Assembly (NCBI GenBank): GCA_002633005.1
Contig: NMRA01000074.1
Location: 638,835-702,834 of the forward strand
Direction: 5' to 3'
DNA length: 64,000 bases
From: Phoronis australis
Lineage: Eukaryota; Animalia; Phoronida
The notes beneath the pieces were generated by a model that had not been told where the DNA came from, made no database searches, and saw only the letters and a program-made list of their open reading frames with translations. The position numbers and the translations under genes are program-made. Every line of letters starts with the position of its first letter. The stretch's first letter is position 1. Below, one piece after another: positions 25,371-39,347 of this stretch.

Positions 25371-25849
25371 CTGATACTCGTGGTCAGCGGTCACGGAGAC
25401 GAGATATTTTATCTGATCATGTAGTTCATATAGATTTCCCATAGTTAATACCTCTGAGGGTAGTGCTGTGTCAAGTAACTACACAACAAGATATGCCGGC
25501 TGCAGTCCCTAAAAAGAGGATCAGAGGAGCTTTTTGCGCTGCAGAAAAACCGGACTTGCACTCCCCACTGATAGTGATAAAGACAGGTGAGATATACGAG
25601 TGATACAAAGAATTCTTTTTGTGAAAATGCTGCCTGTCAATCATTGATGTTGGCAGAGTGATTTGAACTTGTCTTACCTTTAAGTTTCAAGGTTTTATTT
25701 GATTACTCAAAGCAAAATTGTGGTAATCCGTTACATAAGGCCGAGATGATGGGTACTACTACTTGATTTCCAAGAGATAGGTAATAAACAGCAAGTGTGA
25801 GGACCTGCTAAGGAGAAATGCTGTGATGTTAACTTGTTCCAGTAGGCTA

Positions 25850-26005
25850 CAGTGCTGTAGTGGTAAAATTAGAGGTAAGTAGGCGCCTAAAGCCCACCGT
25901 ATCACATTGAGCACTGAACGTAACTTACGGTGCGTAGGCGCTACTTTCAAATGCCAAAAGGTGGTTGGCTGCGCCTACGTGCGCCTACGCCCCACTACAG
26001 CATTG
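25850..26005. mobile_element. Short MITE with CAGTGCTGTAGTGG TIRs
   Basis: CAGTGCTGTAGTGG ... CCACTACAGCATTG, flanked by near-identical TCCAGTAGGCTA and TCCAGTAGACTA. Confidence 0.65.
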
Positions 26006-27596
26006 GTCCAGTAGACTAGTATGGGTTTAGTTAGGTCTTTACTGTGATGGGCATTCATTGTACTTTGAAGGACCTATAGTCCGAACGGTCAGTACTTGAA
26101 AAATATATCAATCAGGTGTTATTCCAAAGCAACATTACTCTGAAGGGTTATTACTTAGCTGCAATAATGGGAAAGAGTGAGTGACGCTGCTGATGCCACA
26201 TATTTTTCCTGCATGTTGTATTTGTTATAATATAAATGATATTTTTCCAGCTAATAGATCACAGCTACGCCACGAGTGAGCCCAGTGAAACACCCCCATC
26301 TGAGCACCATGCAGTGCTGCTTTAGTAAAGCTCTTAGGTGAGGTAATAGGACATAACTGGTAATGACCATAATTTCATCCTCCATGACTGATGGTTTTGT
26401 TATACCTATTGTATTGCTACCTAAAGCTCACCTCTCTAATTACTATAGTTATAAAAAAGCGGACTCTGTTGTTTTTGATTTCATGACTTGGATGTATACT
26501 TTTCTTTATCTGAAATGGTATTTCAAATATTTGTTTGGTTTAACACACTTGGGATTTTTAAAGCCCTTTGATTAAAAAATATGCTGAAAATCAGAGGATG
26601 AGTCTTAAGCCAGGCTGTTTGTTAAAAATCTGGGTGTGGACAAGTAGACAGTTGTAGGTAGTTAACATGTGTAGATACCTTAAATGTATTTTTGTATTCA
26701 TTCATTTCAGAAAGTTGTTGACTTGCATGAGAAAGTAAGTCAAGTGGGGATGCCGAAAAGTCTGCACCCAGCGGTCCCTATTGTGCCCGTGACTGTAGAG
26801 GGAATTGTCAGTGGTGCTGTCGGATTACGCATGGCGCCATTAACTTCAGCATCTTTGGTGCTACTATCAGAGACCGTAGATAGGGAGACAGTCCACCTAG
26901 CGAAATCCCATCGGACGGCCACTGGTGGACATTGTTGTTTCATGGACTGTAGACACGTCTAGCGAGTGTGCATGCAGTAAACAAATATGGCAAGATATCA
27001 CGGCTCCCGTCAGTAAAAAAAGCAATGTTGCTTTTTGCACTGCCTACAGCTGCAGCAACAGTTAATTGAAAATTCGTGACTCATGCTTTTTTGCTTCATC
27101 AATGATTAAGATAGGTGATGTTCATGATTGAAACAGAGGATATTTCTGCGTGAATCTCTTGCCCGTCATTCAGTGATGGACTGGGTGTCTTTACTATTTC
27201 CTGCATTTGATTGCTGATATAGAAAATTGTCATAAATTGTTTGCATGATTTTGGAAACTACTGATTAGTTTATTCTATGCCCATTGATGCTTTTAATTAC
27301 TTTTTTCATTTCGTTCTGCAGTCTTAATACATTCAGATCTAAAAGATAATTATATTAAATTATTTACTAATTTTATTAGTGTTTTTTATCATATATTTGT
27401 TATTCTTGATTATTTATTATAATTTATTTGCTATTACTTATTTAAATTATTTCTTGTTATCCCATACAGTCAACATCCTGGCTGTCGTTGATCAATAATC
27501 TGTATAATATGATCATGATATCTACTTCAGTGCATAATAACTATTATGTTTATGGTTTGGTAACCTACTTGATTATTTGGTGAAGGAAGTGTTCTT

Positions 27597-27798
27597 TTAA
27601 GGCACATTGAGCCATACATCTGTGGACACTTCGGTGGTATGTGTGTTACCTTGGAAACTTGTTACACTTCAGTGACGATGTTGTGTGTTTAGATTTTTGT
27701 TTTGACATGGGTTTTAAAACATCAAGTCAAGAAATAAGGCGTCGTTATGTTATTTACTCTGAAGTTGGCCTGCCGACGCAGGCTGAATATGCCTTTAA
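27597..27798. mobile_element. TTAA-flanked MITE (Kolobok-like)
   Basis: TTAA-GGCACATTGAGCC ... GGCTGAATATGCCT-TTAA gives imperfect TIRs with purine termini and a TTAA target site. Confidence 0.55.
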
Positions 27799-29392
27799 CT
27801 AACTGCTGATAGTTGATTTAAAAATGTGAGTGATTTATGAGAGCTGGAAAGCTTAGTAAAAAATATCCAAAATAGATTGCATATTCAATAGGCATCTTGG
27901 CTGTTTTATGGGGCATACGAGGCAGGTTTACTGGACTTCAGACAGGAATTCCATCTCTTGCATGTTTGGAACCCGTACCCCTCTTGCCTCCAGTTTCATT
28001 CACCACAACCCACCCCAATGCGCTACCCATTTCAGATACCATCGGGCACGGATGCTTGGCGTCCAGTGAATCAGTCCCAAGTAGTGACTCCACTGTTGCC
28101 TAAAACTACTACGTTTTTGGGAGTTTTCTACGTCGAATTCTTAATGATTGAAAATAAGTAGGGATTTTTTCATGCAATGCACCTAATTTAAGGACTAAGT
28201 CCCTAAATGTTTTGACTGAATTTAGAGCTCAGTTTTTAGTTATATTATTATAAAACATCATAAGTCAAAAGAGGAGTTCATAATAAAGATAAAATGATAG
28301 AAAAATATAAAAACTGTGAGCAAAGAACAAAAAAATTCCTAAAAGATTTACCAACTCAGTTGAGTACAGGCAGATCCAGGGTGGCGGGTCAAAGGGGTCT
28401 GGACCCCCATTTTCCTTGATTGTAGTGATATCAATGCTAGAATTTTCAAATTGTTGACTTGGGCCACCTTTCTTAAAAAATCATCATCCGATCCCCCCTC
28501 CATTTAAAAATCCTGGATATGACCCTGTTGGGTCGATATTTGGCACAGTTTCATGTAAATGGGCACAGACACAACTGCTTGAATCTAGAACGTCTTTAAG
28601 ATGTGAATTTTCGAAAGAAAGATCTACTAATTTCTCCATTTTCTTTTAAAACAAAGTTTGTGTGTTAAAAGATTACATAATTAATTGTTAATTAATTGAT
28701 ATTAACACTTGGAATATTGGGGGAAGAAAGCTATCTCTGCCCCCAACCTTTCAATTGGTTGAAGGGCATCCCCCACTCCTATCTCTTCTTCAGCATATCC
28801 ATTTGATGTTTATTACATTCCTGACCCCCCTGGACAAAATCTTACAGGTTCGGTACCTGCACATTCTCCAATAACTTGCTTTCATCTGCTCAGCTGTTAT
28901 TACTGAGTCTCCCTCTTGCTTATGATGCATTTCTCGTAATTTATATTACCTTTGCTGCCCAAATGTTTTCTTGGTTTACTCTATATTTTGCCTATGTGTA
29001 TTTTTCCATTACAGTGCTCGTGTTTTTTGTTTTCAATATTTTAAACAAAGACACTTCACTGACAATTTTGAATTTGACAAACTAAGATCGGCCATAGTGA
29101 ATGCCTTGCGTACTTCGTCGGCCCACACACACCCGCTAGGTGTCGCCACGGTCCATGACGCAATAATGGCGGCGGCCTTGGTGAATAATCTTGTTAGCGT
29201 CTTTGACGTAGGGGACCAGCGAGCGCGCGGACTGGATTTTCCCGCCACCTGTTGTCATTCCAGTCTTCTCAGAATAACAGTTTCTTACTAAGTGAAGCTG
29301 ACAACGACTGTCGTTGGGCAGCGACTTGGCAGCCAGTGAAAGGGAACCTCTGCCACTGTAAGCGGACGAGTTCGACTAAACACAGAAAGAAA

Positions 29393-29565
29393 AATGGCCA
29401 GCATTGTCAGGCGTGCCTAATTGCAAAAACTGGGAAAGTCGCCAGTGTAAGTTTATTCGTTTACCATGGCTACCACCTTACCGGCCCTCACTGCCCTCAC
29501 ACGGATCGATGTGTGGACAAAATAGTTTTATTTTCACACTGTAAAGATGTGGGGCACTCATTTCT
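29393..29565 (+). pseudogene. Possible second decayed THAP domain
   Basis: Frameshifted fragments HC.GVPNCKNWESRQCKFIRLP ... KMWGTHF loosely match THAP motifs (C-x-VPNC-N, FxRFP, CSxHF). Confidence 0.3.
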
Positions 29566-29952
29566 TATGCAATATTGATGCCATAACTACAACTGTAAAA
29601 TCATGTCGAATAGAATGATTCAATTAGTGCACATTATTTTCAGATACGTCAGTGCGAAAGGAAATTAACTAATAATATTTAATTTACACTCAGCCCTTTT
29701 AGTTGTGACCCACAGTTGCATTGGATTTTTTCTTTGAACGAAATCGTTACACATCTGTGTGTCAACGTTAGAGCAAAACATAATTTGTGATAGTCTTTAA
29801 CACGGCCGATTCTGAACAGTGCAAAGCCTTACTACGTAAAGAAAAAGTCGCCAAGTCAAGTTCTCCTCGAAAGCTACTCAAAGCTCACCGTCAATTACCC
29901 GCTGCCAGCTCGTATACCCGCACGAACGTCGTCAACTACATGTACCCCCGCC

Positions 29953-30109
29953 CACTGGTGGATTTAGAGAGGGGGGGACAAGGGGGCCATGGCCCCCCTA
30001 AGATTCCCCAGATTATATCTGGCGGTTCGGGGGTGCGAATGCCTGATGGGCAAAATCCTGGCTAATACTCTGTCCTGCCCCTCAACTTAAAATCCTGGAT
30101 CCGCCCCTG
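29953..30109. mobile_element. MITE family B (CAG[G/T]GGCGGATC...GATCCGCC[C/A]CTG)
   Basis: CACTGGTGGATTTAG...CCTGGATCCGCCCCTG, flanked by CCGCC on both sides. Relatives lie at ~28366-28527, 34334-34653, ~37089 (right end) and 63293-63424. Confidence 0.7.
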
Positions 30110-31368
30110 CCGCCGTTCCTCCAGTCGGCACGAGCACAACTAGGCACTTGCGTCATCGCGTCACTACACCGTTGAAGCAGGTTTGAGATAAAGATGGAAG
30201 CATCCCATCAGCGGTGGATTTTGTAATTTGAAAAATTAGTTTCAAAACGTTCTTTCAGCTGCTCGTCACTTCGTCGATTTTTCTTTCTCGAGTTATAGCA
30301 AGTCTCCTTATTTGGTATGGCAAGACATGGACGCAGAATACTTCCCTTATGTGGAAAATGTGACCTCTGTCCTTTGATGTAAACAAAATAATGGCGCCTT
30401 CAAGCAGCAGTTAGTCCGATTAAGATGCAACCGTTACGAGTCTTTGCTGTTTAAAGTTAATTATTAAGATACATGTATCGGGAAGTATTCAAATATATTC
30501 TACAATGCATATGGATTTTTGGGAAATCGTTTGCTTCATTGGCTTGTTTCATGCTGTGTTGTCGACTTCGGATTTGGAGTGCAATCACACACGAGTTTCT
30601 CCTCGTGTGTATTTCGAAAACCGTGAATTTTGTGATTTTTTTCCAGAATCCCCTCACAGCGAAAAATTAGAAACTCCGTACTAGACGTTGTGAGATAGTA
30701 CTTTCGTCAGCAATTGTTTAAAAGTCCATTTGACGAGCTTTCGCGTTTCATGCCTCTTTAAAGGACAAAATTGGCTTTAGGGCTGAAAAAAACCTTAATG
30801 ATTGTCATAGACAAGGTAACTTTCATGAAAATATCATCTTTGACCAAAAAGATAACACAACGTCTTCCGTGTGTTATTGTGCTTTTATCAAAAGTCACCT
30901 ATACTCGACTTTAGCTTCCAGTTAATTCGCTAATAACCTAGTCACCCGCCGCCAAGACCGTCTCATCTACGCCTAGTCGGCTCACTAAAAACTAACGGAA
31001 AGTGGAAATCGACGGTAATTCGTGTGTCCGTTGAAAAAGAGTTCGGAAATGAGAGTGCCTATGAGCTAGGAACCAGTAAGTCTCTTACTGGTTCCTAGCT
31101 ATGAGCAAGATAATCAGCACACACGAAGGCAAGTTATTAGAAACTAAATGGTCACTTGACATTGCTTTTCATGAATGACATTACAAGAAATTGTCATACT
31201 TTTTCGTCTTATAATATCGCAGTGGTGATAAGACCAGATTTTAACGTTGGCTTACACAGATAGAGCTTCGGCAACATGTTAAGCACGGAAGAGAGCGTGT
31301 GATTTTTTCAGAGTTCACAGGTTCACGCTAGCATTAGCGTTGTGATCCATTGGAGGGCTTCGGCTATT

Positions 31369-31650
31369 TCATTGGCCAATTGGGTGAAAGCTACGCACTT
31401 AAATTGCGTGCGTAAATTAATCATTAATGGAGTACCAAGTTAATTATTAGCGGCGAAAATTAATTGTTAAGGGCGTAAAGCTAGAATTAGTGGCGTAAAT
31501 TAACATTTAACGGGGCAAATTAATTATTTGAGGAGCAAATTGTCTTTTAACTGCGTAAATTGTTTCTATGCGGCGTAAAAAGTACGGCGTGAAATAAAAT
31601 TAATTTACGCAGGTAATTTAGGTGTGTAACCTGCACCCATTTGGCTAACG
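31369..31650. mobile_element. Foldback element with ~47-bp TIRs and internal ~22-bp GCGTAAATTAA tandem units
   Basis: TCATTGGCCAATTGGGTGAAAGCTACGCACTTAAATT..GCGTAA is inverted to TTACGCAGGTAATTTAGGTGTGTAACCTGCACCCATTTGGCTAACGA. Related end sequences occur at ~32635-32680 and ~46285-46325, and similar GCGTAGATTAA units at 2325-2460. Confidence 0.6.
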
Positions 31651-34333
31651 ATAAACTTTACTCAGCAAATAATCAATCTACGCCTTTAAGAATTAAAAGA
31701 GAATGCCATCCAAAATACAACCTACATGTAGTTGGTATCAATTTAGATCGAGTAGTTCCACACGATAACAGCAAGTACAGCTCTTTTACCTGACACCTGA
31801 CGGCAGACGGAGGTGTTGAAATTAACCAATGACGTCAGAGGTTCGAATGCAGTCTGCTCAGCAGTTCACAACACGCTTACTGGTACCAGCTTATTTCCTG
31901 AATTCATCGTTTTACACCAATAAATAATCAAAATGCGATCTAAAACCCTTACAAATACATAGAGTTATTGAAAAACGTGTTATTTTTATTTCGCCGTTAC
32001 GGATTTTTAGATATTTGAACGTGCCGTATCCAACAAAGTTTGGTAGGCCAATTTACCAAGGTCGGTCGTGGGAGTATGGAGTCTGTTCGGTGATATGTTC
32101 AACTTAGTTCTAAACACACAAAACGCTTGCTACATGTATCTCGGCCAGTGGCTCGGAACCCGATCAGACCCATGCGGGCCAGACTGAAGACATCACGAAC
32201 ATAAACCAGCCAAAGTTGGAAACTAAACTTCCAGTCACCAAAATACTATACTAGTGAGGCCAAAAAAGAAAGATGTGCACGTGGTTATTTTGGTGAATTA
32301 GCCACGAAACTGCAAATCTACTTACTTGCTTGTTGGGGGACCGCGAAGTCAGAGGCAGAACCCTTCCACAGAACCGTTAGGGCAAAAGATGTACAGTAAC
32401 AATGATTCGAATAATGTATGATTATCTAAATAAAGATTTCCCTAACATCTGGCCATAGGATACAAAATCGAGATATTGTTTCGCAACTGCTTCCTGTCAG
32501 CAAACACTGGATTAGCATGCGCTTACGCGGCTTCGGTACCCGACTAATAAGTTTATTGCGTCTAAGGGCGGTAACATACAAATTGTATAATACCGTTAAT
32601 AGTGAAATTAGGCCACTGACAATAATTAATTTGTGCGTGACTAATTTAGGTGCGTAACGTTTACCCATTCGACCAACTATGCAGACACAAATTAAACGCC
32701 AACGTTTGAGGCGGCACTCCTTGTTTTCTACGTAAAAAAATATTGACCTACGTTTTCGCGTTTAGACTTCGTTGTATAACACGGCCGGAGCTGACCTGAC
32801 CACTGATCTCACGTAAGCGCAAAACACAGTTTTAATTGCCGATTTATTGTAAAAGATCGTTAGATACATGCAAGTTTTTAATGTTTTTAGACAGTTTAGC
32901 TAGCCACGAGGTGGTTAAGCTTTGTTATACGAATAACGTGGTGCCAACAGATCACCAAGAGGCTTTAGCAAAAACAAAAGCAAAAGGAAAACACAATGAT
33001 GTAAAAAGACGTTCGAAATATTTTTGATGACACAGTTCAGATCAACTGTTGCAGTGTTGTCTCAGTTAGAATTCTTGAAATCCGTCATCCCCTTAGTCAC
33101 CGTTTATGTCACCGTAGTTTGTTTTAAAAACATATTGTAACCCTCAGTTACAAACAGTTAATCCTGCTGACTAGTGTGTTGTACATTTATCATTCCTGTT
33201 TGTGATTTTGTCGTCCCACGTTGAATACTCACTCATTATATATGTACAGTGTATATTTACACGTACCTCCATCGCTATACATGCTTCGAAAACAGAAGTG
33301 ATTTGTTCACAGTTGTCTATAGCTGCTTTTGAAACACGTCACTGTTTGTCACGCACGCTCAATGATAATTCAAGATGTGCAATTTTGCTGTCACACGTAA
33401 TGATTTAAATGTCAGTTTCGCAGGTAAAAAGTCTGGTGGGTTCCGGTCAATATACTATGCCAATGGAGTTAACGAATCCGTTCGTGTGGCTCGTATTACG
33501 ATACAAAGGGACTGTTCACAATTAGGGCCATTTACACGAGTTGTACGTACTGTAGCGGGGATGTTAAGTACAGCGTTGTGTTTTTAGGTGTTGTGAATGG
33601 CCGCCGGTGTCGACCTGTTGTTTTGTTTTGAATTTCCAGTGTTGAAAAAGAAAACCCTGAAAAAGGAGAGTTGCATAGAATAAAAATACATTTGAATGTA
33701 TTATTGTCGTCGTAAATTATACAAGCAGTGATGACGGAAAAGAATTTACAGAAAACTTTTGAAGAACTTACAGAATTTTCGGAAAAAACAGGGAACTACG
33801 CACTTGAGGCTGGAGTGGGTTTCGGACCCCGTCAAAACTGCTAGTGCGTGGCTTTTTATAGACCAAAGAATGCGCGTGAGAGTCTAAAACATGGGTGACG
33901 TAATGGAACACCCCTACAAGTAGAGTCAACTAAGAAATTGGCGCGAAACGGTAACTCTATAATTCGCAAAGAAAGTGATGTGGTCGAAGCTTGTTTTTTC
34001 CCAAGAATTTCCATAAACAGGTCCCCACAAAACAATTTCCTACTATAGGCCTTTAATCCTACCGTTGGAGCCACGATTAAAATTTCTGTTGTCCGTAGGA
34101 TTCCCCGAAGTGGACAATGCCAGCTAATTGTTGCAATCAAGAGCAGTAGGCTTTATGGAGGGCTGGGCATGCCAGTAGTTCAGTTTTGCACATTTTTGAC
34201 TTATGTACAAAATAAACACGATTGTTTCCGATATTCTATGATGAAGATGAACAATTTAAAATTATTCACTACTTGCACACGTTGGTGGCACTACAAAAAT
34301 GATTGTTGTGCATTGTTGTTTAGAACACAATGA

Positions 34334-34653
34334 CAGTGGCGGAACTACGGGGGGGTTCAGGGGGTTTAACACCTCCCTTGGGCCAGGAGCCAAAAATTTA
34401 AAAAAAGTCTTCAGCAAAACAAAAACGGCACCGCCAGCGTGTGTAAACCCCAAGTAAAAAAAACTTCATGAGGGGGGGTGTGGTTCACTCTGAAAATATT
34501 TTTTTTTGCATTGTGAATTGCTGATATGAAAATCAAAATCAACGCATTTCGAGTCAGTCTTCGTGGTTCATCGGCAAAACCCCGGAGGTCAATTGTGCGC
34601 GCTTCCGTCGACACTTCTGAAGTAGCCAAGCATTTTAGATGGATCCGCCGCTG
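34334..34653. mobile_element. MITE family B copy
   Basis: CAGTGGCGGAACTACGGGGGGG...GGATCCGCCGCTG. Confidence 0.7.
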
Positions 34654-37331
34654 AAAGAGCAGCTCTATAGCTGATTTCTTTAGGTAACTAGTTCTTTACT
34701 TTAAGATATATTTTGATTTGATTAGGGGAAATACTGTGGTACCGCAACCCTGATATTCAGGCGAATTGACGTGCAACGTTTTTACCTCATCTGTCATGCC
34801 GTGTCATCCTATTACACCCCTCACGTTTGTGACTCGACTTTGACTGATGTACAGTAAAGTTGTCTTGCGCAATATCATGCAGCGTACATGTACATGTAAT
34901 ACTTTTGAAAAAAAAACTCGTTTTTTGAAGAATTGCTTTTGTGGCGGGCGCCGTTGTCTGGTCGCGAGTTTGCTCGAAGATGCACTCTAACAAGTTATGT
35001 CTATACAAGGAATGACCAAGGGGGCACTCACATTAGCAAAGTGACCGCATTCAGTTCGCGAACAGTGTACAGTACCAGAAATTGCGGGAGGCTGTATTTT
35101 CACAACAAAGTCTTGCGGGACTCGTGCTATGTTCAATAGGCCTCCTAAGGAGCCCTAGTGCCGACCTCAACACCTACCGTCCTTCTACCTGCAATAAGCA
35201 CCACTGCCGTTTTCTATACTGGGAATTTCCGCAGAATGGCCCACCCGACAAAACACCCATGCCCCTGGGCATTTATTTGATGTTAGGGTTTCAAGCGTTC
35301 AGACATTGGGACGTTTATTTCGAAAATTGCAAGAGATGCAAGTGGGCCCTGGGATACATCGTCAAGGTTTGAAGTAGTCCATGATGAATGGATCAAATTT
35401 AGTTGCGCATGCTGTAAGTCTTTTGAATGGACTGGGTAACCTCTGGGTACTTAGTGCCAACTGAGCTGCGAAACGAGATGCTGATATTGTAGAGGCGCAC
35501 AAGCTCCATTGACACGGCAGTAGACGAAGTGCAAGTGTTGGGAACAAACGTCGCAGATGTCTGGGTAGAATGGTTCCAAGAGGAGCAAACCGTTGGATCC
35601 GATGTACAGATTCCTCGGCAGTCTATACAACAGAAAGATAGGACCAACGTTCCTGGAGAAACACCCAGGTAATAAGTTATAATTCTACACAGTTTGTAAT
35701 AATGTCTGTTTTTTATGCTTGTGAACAATGAAAACGAAATAGAAATTTTTGGACATGCCAAATTTACCCAGTACAGCAGAGGGTCTACGAGCGCACAGAA
35801 ACTGCTTCTGGTTTGTATTTCCACATGAGTCTATCTGCTTCATATCCAAAATCTATTTCACGTAGTGCGTAGTTAAATCTGTACCCAATACTTGTTTCGT
35901 TTCTTTCAGTGAGTACTACAGAACCGTGCAAAAACCCCTCCTAGACAACCTGTCGCAGCAGTTGACCACCAGATGTGTAAACTACACGTACAGTGTATGA
36001 GCAACCACTGGGGATTAAATAGTGTCTAGAGAGAAGTTTTCAATTCAAAATTTTTGCAAAGTACGCTTCAGGTCTCGCGACGGACCAGGCCGGCTTGATT
36101 TGTGTAGATATCGAGTTTCAGTGAACTTCTGGTCCCTCGGCGAACTAGTCTTGTGATGCTTTTTACCAAAGTGTGCTTTGTAAAGCTATTTATCTCAGCC
36201 AGTACTGTTTGGTCCAGCGACAGATCAACTATTTTCATAGGGATAATAAGCCCAGGTGTACTTTTGGTCTCGTGACGGACCATGCCAGAGATTTGTGTAC
36301 TCTCAGTGTAAATCTGGTCCCTCTGTGAACTGCTCCTGTATACTGATCTTTTCACCACGGTGTACAGAATGTTTTGGTTTCGTGAAACTGTTTTCAGATG
36401 ATTTGTTTCCTGATACATTTGACGTTTTTCAATTGTTGTCAACGTGATTCAGCTTAATAAAATGATACTTAATTGTTTATTGTCGCTTTTTATAATAGAC
36501 TATGAGCTGAGAGCACCATCGTTCGCCAGTTTTTCTCGTAACGAGACAGAACACATGTTTATTTCCGGACTAACAGTACAGGGCTTCGTTCTTAAAGAGC
36601 TTGAGGCTGTTGCGATCATCTGATATTCAAGTTTTTACGCCCCGTCGGTGCTCCTTATGCTCTTGAATGTTTGGTAGTTGTCTAAGCCCCTGTTTACACA
36701 CCACGCTTTCGTATACTAAAAAGGTGTGGGTAAGCAGATGTTCCAACAAAAATTTTTGCTGGTGGTGTGACTCATACCTAAGACGCTAACTCTACGGTCT
36801 CTGCTCATACCCAGTTGTGCTCAAATATGGTTTCACGAAACTTATGAGCCAAGTTCATGTGACAAAATCGAGAAGGGTTTTTAATTATCTTAAGAAAAAC
36901 TCCAGGGACATGTTAAGTGCCAAAAACGTACCAGGATGCATGGAAATTTCTCTGTTTGGCTACAAAAACAAAAAGTTATCTTACAAGGGAGGGGGGTTTA
37001 CCTCTCCCCCGCTCGGCGCCACGCGCCTCGGATTCGACCTTTGCGGGAATCCTAAGCCCCCCCTTACTGAAAACGTAGATCCGCCACTGCACAATGCCTC
37101 GTTTTAGCATATCAAGTTTTTACAACGCAAACGTGAAAGCGCGCGTGCGGATATAATAACATCCTTTGTCAACAGAAACAGAAATGAAGTAAAATCAAAC
37201 ACTATATGGCAATTGACATTTAAAATGTGGCGTAATGAATATTATACCACAATTTTAGCCTCGAATGGCAGATACAACCGTGTGATAACCATTAAAGTTA
37301 TCTCACTAGTGAGATAACATTCTGGCGGGAA

Positions 37332-37400
37332 ACCGAGGCCGGATTCGAACCCGGGCGTCAAGAGTTCCGAGTCGCCGACTTTACCACTAGACCACTCAGC
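37332..37400 (-). mobile_element. tRNA-derived SINE head or tRNA pseudogene
   Basis: The minus strand reads GCTGAGTGGTCTAGTGGTAAAGTCGGCGACTCGGAACTCTTGACGCCCGGGTTCGAATCCGGCCTCGGT. Pol III A box (TGGTCTAGTGG) and B box (GGTTCGAATCC) are present, but the anticodon stem does not pair. Confidence 0.65.
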
Positions 37401-37574
37401 GTTTGACGTCATAGAATACTTAAATGAGCACGCGCAACAATCGGATGTTCAGCAAAGGGCATTGCACCGACAATTATACGCTATGAAAAATAAGACGCAA
37501 AATTTCCATAAAAACGATATTTTAATTCAGTGAAATTTTTCTCTCGTGTTCTCTCACTTGTAAATCAGTGATCT

Positions 37575-38030
37575 CCAATTTGACTGCGGGTGTCATGAGT
37601 GAACTTTATAGTAGGGTGAAATTTGTTAATATTGTCTACTAAGTATACATATAATTTTTGTGGGCCATGGGTACAGATCATAAAAATGTCATAAATGTAC
37701 CTCAGCCAGAAAAGAGGCTTTTCAGAGCAGGATTTGATGAAGTTGCTTTCAAGATTTCCCATAAAAAGGGTGGCAAAAGTAGAAGCAACCCCAGTGCCCA
37801 TACATGTAGCTGTGCCTAATATTTGGAGATAGTGATTATTATTAAAGGTGAAATAATTCGTGGTAAGTACATGTTCAAGAAGAGAGCGAATAAAAGATGT
37901 AGGTACATTAGGATTATTACGTTGACGAAGAAATGGTGCAGGCTTCTATGCTTTCATGTTAAGGATTATTTGTACATCAGCTTTTAACATCAAAAGTCAC
38001 TAGAAGGGCATTTTTACTGATGTCTTTAAG
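37575..38030 (-). mobile_element. Penelope-like reverse transcriptase fragment (decayed)
   Basis: The minus strand reads ...SLLEHVLTTNYFTFNNNHYLQILGTA[6-bp insertion]MGTGVASTFATLFMGNLESNFIKSCSEKPLFWLRYIYDIFMICTHG...INKFHPTIKFT. This shows PLE RT motifs (GTAMG, WxRYIDD degenerated to YIYD, HPxIKFT). Confidence 0.88.
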
Positions 38031-39211
38031 AACTCCCCAAGTGACTAAAAATAGCAACAGGGCGCGGGTGCTATTGATGGTGAACCGGATGTACATTTTT
38101 CACCTCACTCGGCGAAAAAATTCCCCTCTCAGAAGGCACACACACTTTTCCTAGCCTCGGATGAACGAGCCTTTGAAGAAACATGATAACTATGTTTGCT
38201 CTGTCCAGTGAACTGAAGTTGAGCTCTAAAACGAGGTTGTGCTTTGGACGAGCGAATTAGGTGTTTTAATTTTAGAATTCAACTTGGTCCAGATTGATAT
38301 TTGAAACCTAACACATGTCGATTGAAATAGACGTAAAATTTATTAAAACCACGAAAAGAAAAGAAACCCCTCTAACAACAATGTCCTGGTCAGACCCCTC
38401 ACTGATGGTTCTCTTGAANCCCCCCCCCCCCCCGGCCCCCTGCTTCCTACGGCCATGTAAACTGTTTCATTTTTATTCCGCCTTTTTAGAGTTGAATAAC
38501 AGTCTCACTCCTTTTAATTTTCATTTTATATTTGGGAAGGGCTATCCTTTTGGAAGGTATGGGGGTGATTCATCTCCTTTGTCCCCTGCAAGTCTGGTAT
38601 AGTGACCACTCGAGGCTACTGATATTATTATCTTAATCTTGTGCGTCAGCTGTACTCTGTACCTTTGTCCTCCATGTACGGTGACCGAATTATATCAAAT
38701 ATCTATAACATTGGCTGCAAAAACGAGGAGTGTAAACACTTGGTACGTCGTAAATGGCCTGGTCAGACAGCTAAAATGCCGTGCAGTCATCAAAACGTTC
38801 TTTGGCGGACCGCCAAGTCTATATAATGATAGGACAAGAAGTAAAATGTCCTGTACCGACCACATGTCACCGACTGAATCAAATCGCTAAGGGGAGCGGT
38901 TCTGGGGATTTATATACCGGGAGTTTGAAGTCTAGAGTTTAGTAGTAGCTGGAACTTACATGTAGAAGCGCGATAACGGAAGTGTTTGCACCCACTATCT
39001 GCTATTGTTGGTTGCCTGGGATTGATCTCATCGGACAAGTTAAGAGCGTGTATGAACTCAGAACCAGTTTGCCGGTGCTTCCATCACGTTTGGGTAACTT
39101 GCAACATACAGGCTTTTTGCCCAAAGCAAAGAATGGCTGTCAGGTCGAGTCCAGTCAGGCCTTTCTGACAAGTTTGAGTTTTTAGTTGTGGAGGGAGAAC
39201 ACTGACTATGT

Positions 39212-39347
39212 CATAGGCGGCGCACCATGGGGCTGGGGGGTGGGTTTTAGCCCCCCACGTTTTTCAGTGCTACGCCGCACATGGTCTCTGGGCGAAGAAC
39301 CACAGGGGGCGAAGGGGCTTTAGCCCCCACTTTTTGCGCCTCCCATG
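39212..39347. mobile_element. MITE family A, copy 4
   Basis: CATAGGCGGCGCACCAT...TGCGCCTCCCATG, flanked by TATGT on both sides. Confidence 0.78.

Noticed and set aside
35000-36450. Possible decayed gene fragments and a ~195-bp internal duplication
   Set aside because: There are some exon-like boundaries, but stops occur in all frames and no family is recognisable.
37298-37319. 22-bp perfect palindrome GTTATCTCACTAGTGAGATAAC as a third hairpin scar
   Set aside because: It has no flanking direct repeat, so it does not meet the criterion used for 295-334 and 31059-31105.
37332-37400. Functional tRNA-Pro(CGG)
   Set aside because: The anticodon stem cannot pair and the acceptor stem is imperfect, so it is treated as a SINE head or pseudogene.
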